Assembly (NCBI GenBank): GCA_951406725.2
Contig: OX597814.1
Span: 10,292,001-10,356,000, forward strand
DNA: 64,000 nt
Source: Octopus vulgaris
Taxonomy: Eukaryota
Reading direction: 5' to 3'
This document shows positions 55,299 to 64,000 of this stretch, in pieces. The translations under genes and the position numbers were made by a program. Every line of letters begins with the position of its first letter. Position 1 is the stretch's first letter. Under the pieces are notes generated by a model. The model was not told where the DNA came from. It ran no database searches and saw only the letters and a list, made by a program, of their open reading frames with translations.

Positions 55299-56151
55299 TA
55301 CATATATACACACATACATACATACATACATACATACACACGTACATATACTCTGACATACGCACACAAGACACAGATATTTATCATCTATCTTCCACAG
55401 TTTTAAGCAAATTTGACAATACAATGATCTTCAATAAAATTTGAAAAGGACAAAAACAATGAAACAACAAGAAAATTAACTAAAAGAAGAACAAAAAAAA
55501 CAAGAAAAATCTTCCACATTCCATACGGTACGTATTAACAGCAAATCTCGCAAGCTGTCACTTAACGCCTTTACACCAACACATGCTTTTTTATTTATCT
55601 CCCTGACAGAAGAGCACACATTACATCAAACGCATATGGCGTATACATATATGTTTATTGATACAAATACACCGATACGTTTCTGTGTATATGTATATTC
55701 TTATAGAAAAATATATGCACATATAAATACATGTATATGTGTTTGTGTTTAAATATATATACTTAAAAATATGTGTATATATATATACCTATATATTATG
55801 CATATATATGCTTTATGTATATATATATATATATATATATAACATGTATATAATGCATACATGTATATATACGTACATATGTATGTGTATATATGTATAT
55901 TATACTTACACAGATTTTACAGAGAATATAAGCAAATGTACATATGTACTAACACATGCGTAATACGAAAACATCAACACTGCGCATGACAGCGTGTATG
56001 ATTTATAGACATTATTCTGCAGATTTCTGTTCATATACAAGTGTGCATAGTTGAACCTTTCTACAGATGAGAATGTATGCAGATATATATGCCACTCTCT
56101 CTATATATATATGTGTGTGTTTGTGTATAGATATGTGTACATATGTATCTA

Positions 56152-56184
<33 letters not shown>

Positions 56185-56193
56185 ATATGTATT

Positions 56194-56231
<38 letters not shown>

Positions 56232-56248
56232 CAAATACATATGGATAG

Positions 56249-56284
<36 letters not shown>

Positions 56285-56533
56285 GAATGTAGATGCGAGG
56301 AAATTGCATAGTGGCACTGAAGACTGAATACTACACGATGTCACTTTGATATGAATATAACTTACACACTGCTATTCTCAAACATATAGTGATACAATTT
56401 TAGTTGTTGTATCTATCTACATATATACCCACCCTCCTACGATACACGTTCAACAATTCCTATAACTTTTAAATTAGACGTTGCGTGATTACATATGTAC
56501 ATGCGTGTGTATACATTCATATATATATGTATG

Positions 56534-56663
<130 letters not shown>

Positions 56664-56760
56664 TATATATATGCATATATATATGTATATATGTGTATTC
56701 ATTTGCATACTTCAACATCCACATAATCTGTAAATGTATATGTATGTGTAAATGTATATG

Positions 56761-56862
<102 letters not shown>

Positions 56863-56949
56863 CACATATATATACATATATATATAGATATATATCAACC
56901 GCTCTTCCACCCACACATGTTTATATACATATGTATCTATGTGTCTCAT

Positions 56950-56985
<36 letters not shown>

Positions 56986-57732
56986 CCTATATATACTCAC
57001 GTATATGAATCGGCTAAATATACTTACATATACATGTATCTCATTTTGTACATATAGGCATATTAGAAACAACGTGGTGAGAGTCTATCTGTGTCTGTGC
57101 CTGTGTGTTTTAGCGTATATACTTTTGCAGATTTATATCGATTTTCCTAAGTATATAAATAACAAGATAAGCAAATAAACAGATAAAATTCATTTTTATA
57201 GCTGTCTCTTGTATATACGAATATGATAAATGTGTTCCTGAACAATAGGGACTACAAAGCACCAGTGTGTAGCAGTAAGCCGATGGAAACAAACGTAACG
57301 TATTATGAACCATTGAGTTGAGAAAAAGGTGGGGTGGGGCCGGGGAAGCGAGGGTGTACATCGCGTTCACTCGATTAACTAGAAACATCAGCCAATATCT
57401 TGTAAACTCCACATGTAGCGTCTTATACCGAGGAAGGAACTATTTAGTGGTGAATGCTATTGTATGTACGAATATGCTTGAGCTCTCTGACTCGGGGCTA
57501 AATAACAGTAATAGTATAATTACTTGACCAATATATTAATTAGAGCGTCAGTGATGCGCTTCCACTGATACTAGAAATAGCAGCGAAAATTATTGTCGAA
57601 TTATATTCTACTCTCTTTAGCAAGAGCGGTAAAACAGTCAATACTGTTTGCTAAGATACACAATGACAGACAAAAAGCAGATAAAGAAAGAAAAAGAGAA
57701 AGACAGAAGGGAAGAGAGAGAGACTGAAGGAG

Positions 57733-57843
<111 letters not shown>

Positions 57844-59457
57844 CAAACAGACAAACAACCACGCAGATATTCTCAACGATATTTGTAATAATCTTTTCTA
57901 CTACATGCACAAGGCTTGAAATTTCGGAGTAGGGTGCTAGGTTGATTTCATCGACTCCAGCGTTCCATTCCGAAAGGATGAAAGACAAACTTGGCCCCGA
58001 CAGAATTTGAAGGTAAATACAGACGCAATGCGACCAAGCTTTTTGTCCCCCGTAGTAAAGATTCTGCTAGCTTGCTGCCTTCTGCGATTTTCATAATAAT
58101 GAGATAAAAATCTATTATATAATCTATCTGAAGAGTGTAATCTACAAGACGACAACCAACTGAGATTATTCTAGCAATTAATAAACAAAAATTCCTTCAA
58201 AGTGTTGTTTGAAATTCATAATAATAATAATAATAATAATAAAGGAGATAGTTATAATAAGATCCTCCCAAAAATGTTTGGGGTAGTGCAAACAATAGAG
58301 ATTGAAGGGGGTCTGTTCTGTAAAACCAACTGGTTTGAGTGAAAGCAACATTTTGGTTAGAGACGCATTTTCTATTCAGTCAGCAAAATTAAGAATGATC
58401 TGTCTATCAATCGATCTATCTCAATATATGTATATAATATATGTATGTGTGCGTCTGTGTGTGCATAGGTACACACACATACTCACACATATTTATATAT
58501 AAACATTTTAAAAATTAATATAAGACATTTAAAATACTAAGATGTCATGGAAACAAATACGTAAAGATAACTGTATGCGCTTTCGGCTCTCATCATCATC
58601 TCAAGCACGTCGTATAACCCAACGTTTCCTAGTTGTTACATGATAATATTGTCTACCAAAATTTATCATAAAGACGTGGGAGTGAATGATTATAATCTAC
58701 ACGAGCTTTTCGAAGATCACGGCCGTTTTTGTTTTTAATTTTGTTTCTAACAAGACAGGAATGAAGATAGCTCTGGCAGATTACATAGCGGTGGATTAGC
58801 AGAAAAATTGGAGAAGGGTAGGAAAAGACACTCGCTATTTGAGCCGACTCTTAACGACCTAAGTTCAAGCTTATCAATTATGTCTTCCCTTTTAGTCTTA
58901 CGGAATCGATAGCGAAGGAGCAGTCGTTTACTATTTTAAGTTTAATCGAATAGTACTCTGTCCAAATTCATGGAAGTGAAAGAAATCAGAATAACAATGC
59001 ATCCCTAATGAATAGCGGATTAACCAAGAAGATGCAGTCGCTACTTCAATTTACAGACCCGAAGTAACTGGAAGACGGTAAAATCTTGCAATATAATCCG
59101 GTGTTTAGTATAAATGTGAAGAAGCACATATCAAGAAGTTGTTTTTATAATTTAATGTATCATTTTCAAACGAACTACAAATAAAAGATCTTCAGCAGAA
59201 ATTTCATTAACTTTGAGCAGCCTGCATGTAAAAGCTTTCCGAGTATCTTCAGATGTTACGATGATAAATGGATTTCTGAGCACAGCAAGCTCATCTCGTG
59301 CACTTATCTGCAACTATGTCACGTGTGATAAGTGCCCTTTAGAAAGATTGAAATCTAGCATTGGATTGAATGAACATCATATTAATACTCGGATATATCA
59401 GCATTCCTTTATTAAGCATGAAAGAAAATTCACAAGAAAATTCACAAATTCACTTGT

Positions 59458-59693
59458 AGAGGCGCAATGGCCTAGTGGTTAGGGCAGCGGACTCGCGGTC
59501 GCAGGATCGCGGTTTCGATTCTCAGACCGGGCGTTGTGTGTGTTTATTGAGCGAAAAAACCTAAAAAAGCTCTACGAGGCTCCGGCAGGGGGTGGTGATC
59601 CCTACTGTACTCTTTCACCACAATGGCGGTGCCCCAGCATGGCCACAGCTCAAGAGCTGAAACTGGAAAAACAAAAACAAAAACAAAAACAAA
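59458..59693 (+). mobile_element. SINE family C variant with a different 3' tail
   Basis: Same head and body as 19024-19334 up to ctgtactctttcaccac, then GGCGGTGCCCCAGCATGGCC...GCTGAAAC and (CAAAAA)n. Confidence 0.85.
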
Positions 59694-60860
59694 GTGCTTT
59701 ATCGTTGTATTTCAGAGTTTTCAGAGAATCAGTGCTTGGTGAGCTGCTGTGAAGATTTAGGCACCAAAGTGATAGGGATGAAAAATATAGATGGGAAAAA
59801 ATGAAAGGAAGACAGAGAAAGGAAGAGGAGAAATTACTCGGGTAGGAGGAAAATATCTCCCTTACACGTGCTACTAACACACGAATATGTATGTATATAA
59901 TTGTGTCATAGATTATTATGACATGACAATAAAATGAGAATTTATTTTCTTTTCCATTCTGGTATCATTGAAAGAAACACATACTTAATAACATACACAC
60001 GTAAGCTAGCACATGCACGCAAGCACACGCACGCAAGGACACGCACGCACACACACACACACACACAATAATTTTCCAGAACAGAAAAATACGTGAAAAA
60101 CGCGCATGTCTGTATGCGTATGTATGTGCGTGTGTGTGTTTCTTTATACCTATTTTTGTCACCCACCACCATTTGACAACCGGTGTTGGTTTCTTTACGT
60201 CCCCATTACTTAGCAAAGGAGACTGATAGAATAAGTTCCAGGTTTAAAAAAAAGACAGCTCTACGGTTGATTCGTCCGACTAACCACTCTTCAAGATGGT
60301 GTCCCAGCATGGCTACAATCTAACGACTGTGACAAGTGTGTGTGTGAAGACGCGTGCTCCAGTGGTAAAGTGTTGCACTCACGATCGCTAGATCGGGAGT
60401 TCGATTCTCAAACCTGACGGTGTGTTGCGTTCTTTAGCATTTCGAAACCTGGCTAGCATCACACTTGTGCAGCTTCACAGGCAATGCCGATTTGATTAAA
60501 GGAGTGAGCTCATGTAGAGCGCATATCTTTGATAACTATAGACATATCCTTTGTACTAGTAGTTCAGCATACGTCATGTTCGATAGGAGAGATTCAATCA
60601 TTTATACATATCAATGTATGTATGGTGTGTTTAAGTTCTGTTTATTGCTTCTTTTCTGTCCTGCTAAAATATTTTTTTCTATTTAGTATCAAGCGATTCA
60701 GTGATAGAGCTAACAAACTGAACACTGAGTTCAAAGTCTTTTTACGAACTGAAACTTCCAAGGGACAATGTCGGCGAAATTGATAAAACAGGAACCGTTC
60801 CCACCCGCTCCAACACACGCATAGGTACAAACTCAAGCATACACTCATACACGCATACAC

Positions 60861-60970
60861 TCTGGGTTGTAGCCAGTCATCAGTGTGAGATAATCTCGAG
60901 CTGGTGATGAAAACTCATTCCACATTCTACATCGTGATTATCAAATACTGATGACGGGTTACAACCCAGA
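60861..60970. repeat. Imperfect inverted repeat (39-bp arms) carrying hammerhead-like half cores
   Basis: 60861-60899 versus 60932-60970 differ at 6 positions. The right arm contains CTGATGA-C-GGGT-TACA-ACCC-AGAAC. Confidence 0.8.
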
Positions 60971-61218
60971 ACCCCCGGTCTGTGTGTATCACGTAAGGTT
61001 AGAGATGGGAACGATGCTTTCCCCTCGCAAATACTAATCGGATACACACAATGTGTCGGTAGCCAGCTGGAGGAGTTGTCATCCTGAAGCTAAAAAACAA
61101 CAGTAGCATCGTCGGTTATGGGACTGCCACATTTAGATGGCAATTATATTATTCGTTTTCGTACTGCTACTGTTTACTTCTCGCTCAGAGATTTAATATA
61201 TATATGTGTGTGTGCATG

Positions 61219-61279
<61 letters not shown>

Positions 61280-61721
61280 TGCATGTATCGGTACATGACG
61301 TTACCAACGGTACAAATAACATGAAATACGCAAAGAACGAGAAAAAATGGAACACAGGACGTGTAAATACAGAAAAGACCCTTCATCAGTTGTCGACTGC
61401 CTATCATTTCGAGCATTCAACGACAATATGAGTCTTCAAAGACAGTTGCTCCAGTAAATTCTAAAATAAAATCTAGGATTTATGGAGCGTCAAAGTTGGG
61501 AATAAAAAAAATGACAGTGGAGACATACAATGAAACCGAACGAAAAGAAACATGGTGGCCGTTTGACCAGAACGAAAGGAAAATAGTAAAAGCTGGGAGA
61601 AACATTTTTTTGAAAAGAGAAAAGATAGTAGAGAGATAGAAAATCACGTCCGTTCTTTTAAATATCCATGCAGGAAAAGAAAGATGGACGATGATCATGT
61701 GTATGTATATATGTATGTGTA

Positions 61722-61759
<38 letters not shown>

Positions 61760-63204
61760 AACAGCAAGTTACCACGCACATGTACACAGATACATATACA
61801 CATATACACAGACAGACACACAAACACATACACACACACATGCAAACACACACACACATGTCTATTTACACATATCACGGGCCTCTGAGCAGTTCCTGCC
61901 AACTAAATTTCACTCGCCACTCACGAAATATTAGCGAGCACCACAGACATTTTCTTTATCCCTCGACATAATTTATGATTATGAATAACCGTTTATATAT
62001 ATATGTGTGAATCGCTGTCATTCTTTGACGTTGTTGAGTTCACAAGTGATTTCATATAAACAATAGTTCAAGAAACCTTTAACAATAAAGCATTAAAAGC
62101 ATTTATAGAAAATGTTCACTAATATTAAATTGTTTTGCAATCAACTCTATATTCTTAGAGTACAAATCTCCATCAAATATGTAGAATATATGTTATATCT
62201 ATGCACATATTTTTAGATTGTTTTAAAATATCGTCAGTTTTGACGCCGAAGTTATACACTTATACACACGCATGCGCACATGCACATGTATGTATGTATG
62301 TATATATATATATTCATTTATGTATTTATGCATGTATGTATATGTATGTCTGTATGCAAGCATTTTGTATATACATATATATGTGCATGTGTGTGTGTAT
62401 GTGTGTGTACGTGTATGTATGTATGTGTGTGTTTGTATATGCGTGTGTGTGTAATTGTTATATGTAATATTATCTCTTTAGATAGATAACATAACCATAG
62501 TTTTTCTGAAAGCTGTACATTTTCGTTTTACATCAATATACTTATTTTTCCAAAATCGTCACCCTCATCAACTAACAGACAGTTTGAATTCAAATACAAT
62601 AATCTAATGAGAACCCATGTTTGCGTGCCAATTTGTCGTTCACTTTGTGTTACACAAAACTATATTTATTTTGGAATGAAAGATCTGATTATTTATGCTT
62701 AGCTTCTTGGAATATAGCCAATCTTTCTGCTAGACGTTATCGAAAAATCTTTAATCTATTTTACTGATAACATTCAATTGAATGAACATGGTAATTTCAA
62801 TTGGGATCCGATCTAACTATCGTCATTTTAGACACGCCAAAACTCTAACTATCAATTTTGGAAATTCTAGCCTGCCAACACTGTCGGTTCAATGCTAGGA
62901 TCAAAGCGTCATCAGTAAAAACATTAACTCTTAATGTGAAGAGATTTTAAGCTGTCTTTCGAAATCTATTAGAATGAACACAGTGGTAGTAGAAGCAAAG
63001 GCAAGAACAATAGCAAGAATAACATTGATTTCTAATTTGGAACAGAACAATAAATTTAAGGGCGAATAAAGTTGATTAGTTGTAAGTCTAGTATATAGCT
63101 GGTACTTTGCTTATCGATCATTTGAATGTAAGAAAGCAAAATCATTCCTTTCGGTAGGGGCAAAGATTATGTCAGTCAAGGTGGCATTTCAATTTTCTAT
63201 ATAA

Positions 63205-63520
63205 AAATACTGGCACTCCGTCGGTTACGACGAGGAGGGTTCTTGTAGATCTGCTCAACGGAACAGCCTGCTCGTAAAATTAATGTGCAAGGGGCTCAGC
63301 ACTCCACAGACACGTGTACGCTTAACACAATTTTCAGACAGATTCAGCGTGACACAGAGCATGACAAGGCTGGCCTTTTGAAATACAGGTCCAACTCATT
63401 TTTTCCAGCTGATTGGACTGGAGCAACGTGAAATAAAGAGTCTTGCTCAACGACACGACGCGTGGCCGGGAATTGAACTCACAAACGAATAGCACTAACC
63501 AGTGAGGCACGCGCCTTCAC
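63205..63520 (-). mobile_element. SINE family D (tRNA-like head, CORE-like TTGAGCAAGAC domain)
   Basis: Reverse complement reads GAAGGCGCGTGCC...GGTTAG...GAGTTCAATTCCCGG...TTGAGCAAGACTCTTTATTTCACGTTGCTCCAGTCC. Confidence 0.7.
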
Positions 63521-63539
63521 ACTTACTACATACACACAC

Positions 63540-63788
63540 ATACACACACACACACACGCACATATACATACACACACATACACACACACACACACGCACA
63601 TATACATACACATACATATCTATATATACGATGGGTGTCTTTCAGTTTCCGTCTACCAAATCCTCTCACAAGGTTTTGGTCAGCCCGAGGCTATAGTAGA
63701 AGACATATGCCCAAGATGCCATGCAGTGGGACTGAACCCGGAACCATGTGTTTAGTAAGCAAGCTACTTACTACATAGCAATTCCTGC

Positions 63789-63790
<2 letters not shown>
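63540..63790 (-). mobile_element. SINE family B 5' half
   Basis: ttcagtttccgtctaccaaatcc...gggactgaacccggaaccatgtg. Confidence 0.85.
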
Positions 63791-63877
<87 letters not shown>

Positions 63878-63918
63878 GGTGATGTAAAATAACTTATCAC
63901 TTCAAAAACTTGAAGATA

Positions 63919-64000
63919 GGCGCAAGAGTGGCTGTGTGATAAGTAGCTTGCTTACCAACCACATGGTTCCGGGTTCAGTCCCACTGCGTAGCATCTTGGG
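63919..64000 (+). mobile_element. SINE family B head, truncated by the window end
   Basis: GGCGCAAGAGTGGCTGTGTG...GGTTCAGTCCCACTGCG. Confidence 0.85.

Overview
AT-rich, non-coding-dominated eukaryotic DNA saturated with microsatellites and interspersed repeats. The SINE families and repeat landscape point to an Octopus (coleoid cephalopod) genome, which is an inference. Nearly every ORF in the track is a microsatellite artefact. Contents: many copies of at least four tRNA-headed SINE families, several with clear target-site duplications (TSDs); decayed mariner transposons, one of them a fold-back copy made of two 5' halves; LINE remnants (HERO/R2-like, CR1-like, RTE-like); and Penelope-like element (PLE) termini. 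Two plus-strand exon candidates (about 2463-2606 and an ATG-bearing exon at 34094-34129, both ending in phase 0) suggest the window lies mostly within introns of one large gene. The most distinctive signals are: (1) a set of short fold-back inserts beside (TA)n tracts, several with minimal hammerhead-ribozyme-like cores, including a perfect 180-bp-arm palindrome; (2) a long imperfect intronic hairpin at 36.2-36.4 kb; (3) three SINE dimers sharing one internal junction. No prokaryotic-type features, CRISPR arrays or intact transposon ORFs were found.
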